A DNA stretch of 64,000 bases from NCBI GenBank assembly GCA_951406725.2, contig OX597839.1:7502001-7566000 (forward strand), in the 5' to 3' direction. This document shows, in pieces, positions 1 to 13,280 of this stretch. The stretch is from Octopus vulgaris (taxonomy: Eukaryota). Numbering within the stretch: the stretch's first letter is position 1; every line of letters begins with the position of its first letter. A program made the position numbers and the translations under genes. The notes beneath the pieces were generated by a model. That model had not been told where the DNA came from. It did not search any database and saw only the letters and a list, made by a program, of their open reading frames with translations.

Positions 1-109
1 GTTAGGAAATACGTCAAAAGAAATTTGGGCAAAATTGCTTCTTATATAGTAGTCCAAGGTGGACAAAATCTGAATATTACGCTACAAGTGTGTATATAAG
101 CATCGGTAT

Positions 110-318
110 TCTCTTTCACACTTTTAATTGTTTCAGTCATTTGACTGTGGCCATGCTGGAGAACCGCCATTAGTCGAGCAAGCCGACCCCAGGACTTATT
201 ATTTGCAAGCCTAGTACCGCTAAGTTACGGAGACGTAAACACACCAGCATCGGTTGTCAAGCGATGTTGGAGGGACAAACACAGACACACAGACATATAC
301 ATACACATACATACATAC

Positions 319-376
<58 letters not shown>

Positions 377-545
377 ATATATACGACGGGCTTCTTTCAA
401 TTTCCGTCTACCAAATCCACTCACAAGGCTTTGGTCGGCCCGAGGCTATAGTAGATGACACTTGCCCAAGGTGCTACGCAGTGGGACTGAACCCTGGAAC
501 CATGTGGTTAGTAAGCAAGCTACTTACCACACAGCCACTCCTGCG

Positions 546-546
<1 letters not shown>
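110..546 (-). mobile_element. SINE family A (tRNA-derived, CORE-like centre, internal (TA)n(TG)n, LINE-derived tail), full length
   Basis: On the minus strand: A box TGGCTGTGTGG, B-box-like GGTTCAGTCCC, CCTTGGGCAAGT motif, tail ending CCAGCATGGCCACAGTCAAATGACTGAAAC. Many near-identical copies occur in the window. Confidence 0.9.
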
Positions 547-607
<61 letters not shown>

Positions 608-879
608 CCTACATATATATATATATATATATATACAAACATAATGCTTATATAATACATTTTGTTGCCTAATACGCTGAATATTCACGAAATTCAGCTG
701 AACGATATTTGGATCTAATTCCCATACACAAGGAATTACGTTGGATGTGTATTTTACTTGGAGTTATTGTTATCTGTTGGTTGAAAATAGTTAACCAAAT
801 ACTTTCAAAACTGAGTGCTTTATTGATATTTACTTAAACTTTTAATCCTTTTCCACACACACACACACACACACGTATT

Positions 880-911
880 ATAATAATAACAACAACAATG
901 ATAATAATAAC

Positions 912-942
<31 letters not shown>

Positions 943-945
943 ATG

Positions 946-1028
<83 letters not shown>
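880..1028. repeat. (AAT)n microsatellite
   Basis: Read directly from sequence. Confidence 0.95.
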
Positions 1029-1031
<3 letters not shown>

Positions 1032-1798
1032 GCCAATAATCCTAGGATTTAAATATTTAAATATTTAATACATTTCAACGTACGTTTCCGCAAATCACAT
1101 CATTTTGACATCAAAAGTCGGTATCCTTGGGATTATAACAATATACTCTGTATTATCCGTGGGCATCCGGTCGATCATCATCATCATTGATTCATTTCAT
1201 CAGGCGATATAATATTAGTGGATGAATCTCAGGGTGTGTTTATCCCTTCTTGCCAGTATGAAGGACAATCTGACGTAATGGAATAGGAGTTCTATATGCA
1301 CACCCCATTCGTTACCTTAAACCAATTTAAAAGATGTGTGTGTGTGTGGATGTATGGACTTTGATAAGATGTCGTATCAAGTGAAATGTGGTTGTATTTA
1401 ATTATCATAATCCTGTTTTTAACATTGAGTTTCTTCTTATTTATAGATTACACAGACATCCATATAAACACACACACACACATATATATATATATGTATG
1501 TATATATAAGAGTGTGTGCGCGTGTGCCCACATGTATATACATTTTGTATTCATAATGCAGGTGCGTTAGTTCCTATAAGCATGTTTAAAATATATTCAG
1601 GGAACCAGACTCTAAGCTTTGTATGTATAAAGTTTAAAAAGGGAAATAATGTTTATATAATGATACATTTATAATATACTGACGAGGATTAGGAATGTGG
1701 GATGTAAGTTTTAATTGAACATTTTATATATATTATGTGTATGTATATTTGTATGTATGTATAAATTTTATGTAATTTTATAATAATATATATATGCT

Positions 1799-1830
<32 letters not shown>

Positions 1831-1902
1831 TGTATGTATGTATGTATGTATGTATGTATGTATGTATTCGTAAATGTGTATATATATATATTTATATATA
1901 TA

Positions 1903-1944
<42 letters not shown>

Positions 1945-2500
1945 GTATGTATATATATATATGTATGTATGTATGTAAGTAAGTGTGTATATGTGTAGGG
2001 ATGGATGTATATGCCTGCAAATGTATGCTTGCATAATTTTTCATATTTATATCTGGTTTCTGGCCAAGATTAAACATCCTATTAACATATATATATGCAT
2101 GTATACTTTCATACATACTAACATACTTAATTTTGATAAAAACACATATATAAATGTCATTTATGAATAACACTATATATATAGATATATGTACGTATTC
2201 ATACATGCATATATATGTGTGCGTGTGTGTGTGTGTATGTGTGTGTGTGTATACCACACATATATAAATTTAATTATACACAATAAAGTAAACTCTATGA
2301 CATACATATGTATAGCTACGTATATGTATATGTATGTATATACACATATACCCCCATATATATATATATGTATGTATGTATGTATGTATTTATTCAGGAT
2401 GCACTATTTCTAATATAATTCATAAAAACATCTGCTGCCCGTTTTCTAAATTAATAGCCTTCCGTTTTCTCTCCTAAAACAAACATTGAAGATGAAGAAA

Positions 2501-3035
<535 letters not shown>

Positions 3036-3335
3036 ATCTTTGAAAAAGTTGAAACCAAAGAATACAAATGTAACGAAAATTGTTTTAAGATTTGTCTGGT
3101 GGTGTTTTGAGACGCCCTCGTCATTTCTTAACCTTTAATCTCAAAGAGCACCGTTTCAACACCAAAATCACCATCACCAATACCACCTAGAGCATCAAGA
3201 ATAGCATGAACAACAACAACAACAACAACCGCCAGAAGATCAACACTAGAGAGCAATGCCAACAAGAAGACCAACTCCAAGAATAACAACGGACCAACTG
3301 TTTATCGTTCTGAAACTTGTTAACTATTTTCGTAG

Positions 3336-3502
3336 CCGTCAGATGTGGGATACGACTAGAGTGCATTTGTCCTCGCTGGTTATGGACTGTACTAAAGGAA
3401 CCCATTCTGGGATCCCCAGACAGGCAACAAAATTACAGGTTTTCCTTGGACGAGACACAGACTTTTTTATGGCTACATCTTCTCAACTCGAAGGAGGTTA
3501 AA
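3336..3502 (+). CDS. Possible isolated coding exon (VRCGIRLECICPRWLWTVLKEPILGSPDRQQNYRFSLDETQTFLWLHLLNSKEVK), product unknown
   Basis: Unique complex sequence with TTAAC...TTTTCGTAG acceptor, AAA|GTAAGT donor and an open frame between them. No protein family recognised. Confidence 0.25.
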
Positions 3503-3509
3503 GTAAGTA

Positions 3510-4228
3510 CCGTAAATCTTCGAGTATAGTCCGCCCTTGAGTATAATACGCAAGATATTTTTAGGGGGGCTGTATTTCTGAAAAACCTAAATCTTGTGTA
3601 TAATACGCACCCCTTCACTAACTTGAGTCGTACGTAATTAAGCCAGCAGCACCTAGTCGAACAAACACTTTCGCGCATGCGTAATACAATAATGGTGATG
3701 ATGGCAGAACCGTTAGCACGCCGGGCGAAATGCGTAGCCGTATTTCGTCTGTCGTTACGTTCTGAGTTCAAATTCCGTCGAGGTCGACTTTGCCTTTCAT
3801 CCTTTCGGGGTGGATAAATTAAGTACCAGTTATGCACTGGGGTCGATATAATCGACTTAATCCGTGTGTCTGTCCTTGTTTGTCCCCTCTATGTTTAGCC
3901 CCTTGTGGGTAATAAATAAATATATATAGGACTGTAAATGTTTGCAAATTGTTTTTGTCACATGTTATTTTGTGTTCTGAATACTTTTATTTTAATAAAT
4001 GTTGCTTACTGCAAGTAATGGATGATTCTTTTATGACTTCATTGCTTTCAGGCTTAGCTTAAGGTATTTTCGCGCCCGACATAAAAAAATGTGTCTGAAT
4101 AAACATTGCCGGACAGCAAATAGAGACTCGGACATTGCTTAGGAAATATTTTTCACTTTAACCTCGTATATAGTACGTACCAGGGATTTTGACCTTTAAA
4201 TTTTGGGGGGAAAATGCAGACTATACAC
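3510..4228. mobile_element. Tc1/mariner-superfamily (Tc2-like) non-autonomous element, interrupted by a SINE, right end truncated
   Basis: Starts TA|CCGTAAATCTTCGAGTATAGTCCGC with repeated GTATAATACGCA subterminal motifs. A partial reverse complement (GCAGACTATAC) lies at ~4216-4226. Confidence 0.6.
3702..3922 (+). mobile_element. SINE family B (tRNA-like head, GTCGACTTTGCCTTTCATCCTTTCGGGGTCGATAAA central domain)
   Basis: B box GAGTTCAAATTCC; many copies in the window; tail ...GCCCCTTGTGGGTAATAAA. Confidence 0.9.
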
Positions 4229-5006
4229 TAGCTGGCGACAGGTGAGTGGGGTTGTCCTCTAAACCAGCACGCTTCTGTGGGGGCCGCTGGATGGTGAACT
4301 CTAGTGCTGGTGTTATTTCATTCTTTCCGATCCAGTGGACTGGTCTTAACACACTTTAGTTTGAGGCTTGTTTAGGTCATGTCTCCATTGGTAACTGCGC
4401 TGGATTGGTAATGTGGATTTCCTGATGGTTTCTTGTTTTGTTAAGATACCTCGATCTAAATGTCGTTAAACTTAGTTTCAGGTATAGAACCTTGTTACCT
4501 AGATTTAAATTTTACCCGTTCAATCTGTCTACAACTAAGTATTTTGTTATGTAAGTTTGTTATGTATGTATGCATGTATGTATGTATGTACGTATGTATG
4601 TATGTGTGTGTATGTATGTATGCATGTATGTATGTATGTATGTATGTATGTATGTATGTATGTATGTATGTATGCATGTATGCGTGTGGTTGTGTCGGTA
4701 TCCATACATATATACATCTACGCAAGAAGCACCTAAACACTAAAACACAAGCAGATGCACACAACACACACATACATACACACACATACATACACACACA
4801 TACATGTACATATGTATATATGTATGTATGTATATATATATATATACATATAATATTATAATATATATACATAAATAGTGTATAAATAAATATATATATA
4901 TATATATATTGTATCTATACACACATACATATATACATATAATATATATACACACATATATATATAATGTGTATGTATATATATATATATATATAGTATG
5001 TATACA

Positions 5007-5040
<34 letters not shown>

Positions 5041-5150
5041 TACACACGCGTATAAATATATTTTGTATATATACACACAACAATAATAAAAAAGTGCACC
5101 ATCTTTTATGACCCACATAACTTCCACCCTAAAAAGAAAACAAACAAAAT

Positions 5151-5266
5151 TTCTTCTCTTTCTTCTTCTTCTTCTTCTTCTTCTTTTTCTTCTTCTTCTT
5201 CTTTCTTCTTCTTCTTCTTCTTCTTCTTCTTCTTCTTCTTCTCCTACTTCTTCGTCTTCTTCTTCC
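5151..5266. repeat. (CTT)n microsatellite
   Basis: Read directly from sequence. Confidence 0.95.
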
Positions 5267-5498
5267 CATAGTTCAACCCTAATTTCGTTGAACTTGAGTT
5301 CGTACTCAGTCGGTGCCAATTAGTCACCCTGCAGTAGGGAAGCAAATGGTGGGTAGGGTGCAGATAGGGGTGGCCAAGTCTATCTGAGTATGCAAGAGTC
5401 AAAGGTGCTGACTGAATGGAGGTGGATGTGATGGTGGTGTTGGCACTTCTGCTGGGATGTGAGGGTAACATTTCAACACTGCTGATTTGAAAATTTTA

Positions 5499-5534
<36 letters not shown>

Positions 5535-5854
5535 TGTATGTATGTATGTATGTATGTATGTATGTATGTATGTATGTATGTGTGTATGTATGTCTATGTA
5601 TATTTGTATGGGGGAGGTCTTATTTGTCAGTATGTGAATGAGTGTGTGTATGTGTGTGACATTATGTAAACATGAGTGTGTGCATCTGATTTTCTCCATA
5701 TGTTGATGTGAGAAGCTTTCTATGTGACTTTGAGGTTTATGTAGATATAAGTACCTGGCTTTCTGTATGCATGTATGTGTAGGTGTGTTTGTGTGTATAC
5801 AAGTGTCATTATGTTTGTGTCTGTGCGCGTGTAGTTTTCTAAAACTATATTTGT

Positions 5855-6487
5855 TATTTCTTTATTGTCCACTTGGGGCTAAACACAGAGAGGACAAACG
5901 AGGACAGACAAACGGATTAAGTCGATTATATCGACCCCAGTGTGTAATTGGTACTTATCTAATCGACCCCGAACGGATGAAAGGCAAAGTCGACCACGGC
6001 GGAATTTGATCTCAGAACGTAGCGGCAGACGAAATACCTATTTCTTTACTACCCACAAGGGGCTAAACACAGAGAGGACAAACAAAGACAGACAAACGGA
6101 TTAAGTCGATTATATCGACCCCAGTGTGTAATTGGTACTTATTTAACCGACCCCGAACGGATGAAAGGCAAAGTCGACCTCGGCGGAATTTGAACTCAGA
6201 ATGTAACGGCAGACGAAATACTGCTAAACATTTCGCCCGGCGTGCTAACGATTCTTATTTCTTTATTGCCCACAAGGGGCTAAACATAGAGGGACAAACA
6301 AGGACAGACAAACGGATTAAGTCAATTACATCGACCCCAGTGCGTAACTGGTACTTAATTTATCGACCCTGAAAGGATGAAAGGCAATGTCGACCTCGGC
6401 GGAATTTGAACTCAGAACGTAACGGCAGACGAAATACTGCTAAATATTTCGCCCGGCGTGCTAACGTTTCTGCCAGCTTGCCGCCTT
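5855..6487 (-). mobile_element. Head-to-tail array of three SINE-B units (one complete, two 5'-truncated)
   Basis: The tail motif TTTCTTTA(T/C)T..CCAC..GGGGCTAAACA recurs at ~5857, ~6041 and ~6258; the only intact head is at ~6487. Confidence 0.88.
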
Positions 6488-6722
6488 GTGTATCTGTATT
6501 TGTGCCTATCAGTACGGGATAGATGTGTTTGAATGTCTCTGTGTATGAAGGCAATTTGTGTTAAGTATTTGTGCAAATCTTTGTGCAAATATGTGAGTGC
6601 ATTTTATGTTGGCAAGTCAGTATTCCTTTGGGTTCGGCTCTGGTATGTTTTCTTCAGCCTCTGTCGTGTCTGGTCTGGGTCTTTTTTATCCGGTTTGGTT
6701 CGTGTCTTTGTGTTGGATTGTC

Positions 6723-6774
6723 TGTAGTAGTAGTAGTATTGGTGGTGGTGGTTGTGGTGGTGGTGGTGGTTGTG

Positions 6775-6823
<49 letters not shown>

Positions 6824-6952
6824 CATTAGTAGAAGTAGTAGCAGTAGTAGTAGTATTAGTATTAGTAGTAATAGCAGCAGTAGTAATAGTAGTAGTAGTA
6901 GTAGTGGCAGCAGCAGCAGCAGTAGCAGTCGTAGTAGTAGTAGTAGTAGTAA

Positions 6953-7010
<58 letters not shown>

Positions 7011-7030
7011 TGTTGTTGCTGGTGTTGGTG
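6723..7030. repeat. (GTA/GTG/GCA)n compound trinucleotide repeat
   Basis: Read directly from sequence. Confidence 0.9.
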
Positions 7031-7907
7031 GAAATGATGGCGATAAGATGTTTGTGGTGTTAGTGGTGAAGATTATGGTGCTTTTTTTCTTTTCTCTGTT
7101 GTTAATGATGATTGTGTTTACCTCTAAGTCAGCCCTGAGGCCAACGGCTCTCCATCCACGACTACCTCAGGTGCTTTTTTTGCCTTTTCTTTGTTCTAGA
7201 GTCCAGGAAAAGCTAATCTCACGACATCTAATCTGTCCTTATTCTACGATGATAGCCACAGGTGCAACTCATAGAAATGTCTGGCTGCTCTTTCTAACAA
7301 CCGAAGCTACCACGTAAATGTACCCTTTTCTAGTACACGTTGTTCGTGTTGTTGTTGTCGCGTCTTCTGAAAGTGGCGTCTTCAGCAAGACGTGATGAAG
7401 CAGAGTAATGGAGGGAAGGATGTTATTTTTCGGGGATAGTGTGGATGGAGCATACACCACCACCAGCACCACCACCACCACCGTACACGCCCCTATCACC
7501 AACACAGCCATTCCAAGTTTCTTGGTACGGTGGGTACGCAATCAAAGGTTGTCGGGGTCTGGTTATATAGGGTGTTGTTTACACAAATAACACAACGAAG
7601 CTGAACGTGGAAATTCTTGGTGTAGCAAGAGAAACGGTGTTTCAAGAATCCCAGCAGGAGTCCAATTTTTTTGGCTCCACCTTTGTGTCTTTCTAGGTTA
7701 TATTCCACACACAAACTCTTCGGAATCTTGTTTTGTTTACTGTAGTTTTATATTGCTTTGTTGTTGTTTTTTTTTAAATAAGGGTTGAAGTTTGGGTTAT
7801 TCATATAGATTTTTTTGTTTGTTTTTGTTGGGAGCGGATCGGAGGGGAGTGGTGTTTAATCTATCTCTGTGTCTGTGCATTTTACATCATTTAGCAAATA
7901 TGCTTGC

Positions 7908-7969
<62 letters not shown>

Positions 7970-8320
7970 GCGCAACAGTGCGGAATACATAAGCATACAT
8001 ACATTTATATGTACGTACACACTCACGGACACACTCCCACTATCTCTTTCAAACACACACAAATACACAAAAACACACACGCATGTGTAGATATATATAT
8101 ATAATATAGCACACACACACATATGTATACACACACATACACACATGTATGCTAACAAAATCTTAGACAGAAAGAGAGACAAAGTGATTAAGAGAGAGAG
8201 ACAGAAGGATGTTTGCGTGTTTATATGTAGCTTTGAGTGCATGCGGCAAGAGAAAAATGCAACGAAGTACATAACAAATACACGCTATTATACACGTGCA
8301 ACACCTACACGTATATATAT

Positions 8321-8872
8321 ATTTCATCTAGTTTCAGCTCACGAGCTGTGACCATGCTGGGGCACCGCCATTTGGTGTTGCTACGTAATTTTCCTTCACG
8401 AATGCTTTTTAGCAATTGACATTTGGTACATGAGAGAGTTTGATACAGCTGCCCTCATCTGCACCTCCTGCCTCGAAATTGGTTCATCTGGGACACCTGA
8501 CAGGAAGAGGTCCAGCTTTATTTTGAAGACACCTACACCCACTCCTTGCAGGTCTCTCGGGTCCTTCGGGAGGATATTGAAGAGCTGTGGACCTCTGAAA
8601 CCCAGACTATTGCAATATCTTGTCCTACATCTTGATGGCAAATTTGGAGTCTTTGGCACTATGCAGTGGCGTCCAGTTCTAGTATTTGTGTAACTCTCGA
8701 TGCCAAAATTTGGGACAAGTCCTTCCAGGATCTTCCAGATGTATATTATGGCATATCTTTCTCGCCTACGGTCTAAAGAATAGAGTCTTAATCTCTTGAG
8801 TCTTTCCCAATAGCTTATATGGTGCATAGAGGCTATCTTCTTCGTGTAGCTTCGTTGGATTGACTCAAATTC
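8321..8872 (-). mobile_element. 5'-truncated CR1-group LINE: ORF2 C-terminus plus 3' UTR
   Basis: Translation ESIQRSYTKKI..SYWERLKRLRLYSLDRRRERY..WKIL..FKIKLD matches the post-RT C-terminal pattern of CR1-group LINEs. It is followed by a short 3' tail ending in (TA)n. Confidence 0.88.
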
Positions 8873-8894
8873 TCAGATAGATATATAGTACTTA

Positions 8895-9023
8895 AGCCTA
8901 GTACTTATTCTATCGATCTCTTTTGCCGAACCGCTAAGTTACGGGGAAGTAAACACATCAGCATCGGTTGTCAAGCGATGTTGGGGGGACAAACACAGAC
9001 ACACAAACTCACACACACACACA

Positions 9024-9066
<43 letters not shown>

Positions 9067-9228
9067 GACGAGCTTCTTTCAGTTTCCGTCTACCAAATCC
9101 ACTCACAAGGCTTTCGTTGGCCCGAGGCTATAATAGAAGACACTTGCCCAAGGTGCCACGCAGTGGGACTGAACCCGGAACCATGTGGTTCGTAAGCAAG
9201 ATACTTACCACACAGCCACCTCTACGCC
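8895..9228 (-). mobile_element. SINE-A lacking its 3' tail, abutting the LINE
   Basis: Head and middle match family A; the match stops after ...TACTAGGCTTA. Confidence 0.88.
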
Positions 9229-9310
<82 letters not shown>

Positions 9311-9328
9311 TGTGTACAGAAAAGAGAG

Positions 9329-9360
<32 letters not shown>

Positions 9361-9495
9361 CGAGAAAGAAAGTGTGTATCTGGTAGGAACAGAGAGAGAG
9401 AGAGAGACCTGTACGCAGAAGCTTATCCATCGCTAATAGACGTACTTTAAGACCCACATACTTTATGATACACACACTCACACAACACGTACACG

Positions 9496-9552
<57 letters not shown>

Positions 9553-10070
9553 ACGCACACGCACTTAGACAATCGTACCAAAGCATGCACACACATCTTG
9601 TAGACCTAACTTGCTCTCCCTTCCGCCATCCACACACATTAAACAATGCTCATCAGAGCGTTATACGCCAAAACAGTAACTACGCCGACGATGCATTCGT
9701 TGACATCGCTGGTGTGGAATGACGGTTTAGGTTACCTCCTCGTTTATTTACACATTCACTCAATCGGTTATTCGTTTATTCATTCATTTGCTTATTCGCT
9801 CATGTGCTGTGCTTTTCCGTCTCTGCTTATCAGTCTTGTTGATTGTTGTTCATATGATTCTGGAATCTTTTTTTTTTTTGTTTGGTTGTTTTTTTTTTTG
9901 TTTTTTGTTCTTGGTTGTTTTGTTTTTATTTTGTTTTGTTATTATTTTTTTTTGTTTTGTTTTATTGTTGGTTTTTTATCTTTTATTTAAATTTTATCTT
10001 CAGACTTCAATAGAAGAAATTTAACGGTGCAAAGATATACATATACATATATGCATATATATATATATAT

Positions 10071-10174
<104 letters not shown>

Positions 10175-10186
10175 GTATATATATAT

Positions 10187-10231
<45 letters not shown>

Positions 10232-10331
10232 CACATATGTGTGTGTATGTATGTATATATATATATATATACATACCCATATGTGTGTGTATATATATGT
10301 GTATATATATATATATATACATATATGTGTA

Positions 10332-10369
<38 letters not shown>

Positions 10370-10453
10370 TATATGTATAGAAGTGTATGTGTGCAGCTAC
10401 ATATACATGTATCTATACATATAACACACACTCATGTATACATTTACATATAC

Positions 10454-10527
<74 letters not shown>

Positions 10528-11249
10528 ACATGTATACATGCACAACGTACAACATAGTAAGAAACACACGTATGTATATATACAGAGAAAGAGTTTGAGA
10601 GAGAGTAAGAGAGAGAAAGTGTGACTGATCTACAAGCATATACATACTTGCACGCACACATACACACAAACAGGCATACATTTATTGTATCAATACATAT
10701 GTATGCTTGTCTGTACATACATACATACATACATACATACATACACACTTGCATGCATATGCTGACCCATTGACCCACACGTGTAGGCACATGTGAATAT
10801 GCACATGTGTACATCTGTTCCATATAACAAGATTCGGTGCTCCACATGCCTTTGTGGTATTCTACGTGTTAGCGTGTCATCTTTCCCCTGTCTGTTTGCT
10901 ACTCGTGGCCTGTAAGAGAAGGAAGTTCAAAATAAAATTAAATTTCTGTCGTCTTTTTAATTTGTTTTTGCCGGTTGATTTGATGTGGATAAATATTTCT
11001 CTAATGGTCTCTATTCTTATGAAATTTTAATAACGTTGTTGATGTGGTGATCTTTCAATTACCATATATATCTTGATACACGTGTGGTTTTTCAATATAT
11101 AAAGATTGACTTATTTATAAATGTAGGTCCTCGAATCAGTTACTGAAACTTCCTCTTGTAGTGGTTTTAAGCCACCCGAAACAAACTGCAGCTTAGATCT
11201 GTCTCTTGTTTTTCACTGAATACTTCTTCCATTCTTTTTGTCCGTTATA

Positions 11250-11251
11250 TA

Positions 11252-11300
<49 letters not shown>

Positions 11301-11832
11301 ATATATATATATATAATTTCAACAATTGAGGGTAAAATTAATTAATTATTAATCAATTTCACCAAGTGTTCAGTATGCAAAGGGACCATTTAAAGCGAAT
11401 TCAAATTATTACATTATATAAAAGGGCTTAGTAAAATAAATTACTTTGCCGCATACTGAACTCATTAGAAATTGAGAGAGGTTTTCTTTAAGTATTAGAA
11501 ATAGTTTTAAAAAAGTTTTTTAGCTGCTATTTCTAATGAGTTCAGTATGCGGCAAAGTAATTTATTTTACTAAGCCCTTTTATATAATATATATATATAT
11601 ATATATATTTATGTATATGTATATGTCTATCTGACTATGTATCTATCTTTGTGTATATCTGTGTATATATGTGCGTGTATTTATGCTTGTTCGTCCCACC
11701 CCAGCGCCTGATAAATTCGTAGGCGCGCGCACACACACAGATACACATACACACAAATATCAATTTAGATTTCCCCAAATTGTCACACCTACTAATCATC
11801 AGGATTTCCATACACACACACACACACACATA

Positions 11833-11890
<58 letters not shown>

Positions 11891-12041
11891 CATATATACG
11901 ACGGTCTTCTTTCAGTTTCCGTCTACCAAATTCACTCACAAGGCTTTGGTTGGCCTGGGGCTATAGCACAAGATACTTGCCCATGGTGTCACGCAATGGG
12001 ACTGAACTCGGAACCATGTGGTTAGTAAGGAAGCTACTTAC

Positions 12042-12130
<89 letters not shown>

Positions 12131-12282
12131 TTCAACAATTGAGGGTAAAATTAATTAATTATTAATCAATTTCACCAAGTATTCAGTATGTAAAGGGACC
12201 ATTTTAGGCGAATTCAAAATATTACATTATATATAAGGGCTTAGTAAAATAAATTATGTGGCAAAGTAATTTATTTTACTAA

Positions 12283-12334
<52 letters not shown>

Positions 12335-12590
12335 GTCTATCTTTCTATGTATCTATCTTTGTGTATATGTGTGTATATATGTGCGTCTATTTATGTTTGT
12401 TCGTCCTGCTCCAACGCCTGATAAATTCGTAGGCGCGCGCTCACACACACACACACATCCATACGCACACACGTACACGCTCACATGCACACCCACACAC
12501 AAACACACACACGCAGCTACACATACACACACATATATCAATTAAGCTTTCCCCAAATTGTCACACCTACCAATCACCAGGACTTCCATA
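11250..12590 (+). repeat. Diverged local tandem duplication (~11250-11830 and ~12060-12590) with a SINE-A 5' half (minus, ~11897-12045) between the units
   Basis: The blocks TTTCAACAATTGAGGGTAAAATT..., ...GCCTGATAAATTCGTAGGCGCGCGC and TTCCCCAAATTGTCACACCTAC each occur twice in the same order. Confidence 0.85.
11413..11588. repeat. 60-bp perfect inverted repeat with 56-bp spacer, inside a Penelope-like remnant flanked by (TA)n
   Basis: 11413-11472 is the reverse complement of 11529-11588. The Penelope assignment is inference. Confidence 0.85.
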
Positions 12591-12829
12591 TGCTCTCTAA
12601 CGTGCTCGCGGACGAATCCTTCCACAGATATTCATTAGCCATTTCAGCCCTCATCTATTGTCCATCCCCTATAAAACCCTGTAATATATCCCCAGATTTA
12701 GCAAATCATTGACGTCACAACCATACAAGTGTATACATTTCGTTTCAATCATTCTATAAAGTCCATTATCCTCAAATTAACCGCCCTACATACTCCAACA
12801 TCCACACACTACGAAAGACAGTCATTCAC

Positions 12830-12923
<94 letters not shown>

Positions 12924-13175
12924 TTATTCACTTATACACATTTGTCTTCTTTTCCATCCTCCATGGAATGTACATTTCATCTAATGAACACTGGTTTTGG
13001 ATTCAAGAGCGAGTTGTCAGTAGCAACGAAAATTATATTTATTTTAATTATTACCTAAATTCCACTTTCCTAAATTAGCCACCCTTATCATCGCCAACGC
13101 ATTCCAGCGCATTGATACTTGCTTTCACATGCACTCACACACACTCTCATGAACTGCTGTTTACTACTCTCTCTC

Positions 13176-13227
<52 letters not shown>

Positions 13228-13280
13228 GTGTGTGTGATTATATATATATATACATATATATATGTGTGTGTGTGTGTGTA

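Noticed and set aside
1679-1710. CTGACGAG hammerhead core
   Set aside because: No stem II or GAAA follows.
6571-7317. 248-aa Val-rich 'membrane protein' ORF
   Set aside because: It is driven by (GTA)n/(GTG)n triplet repeats.
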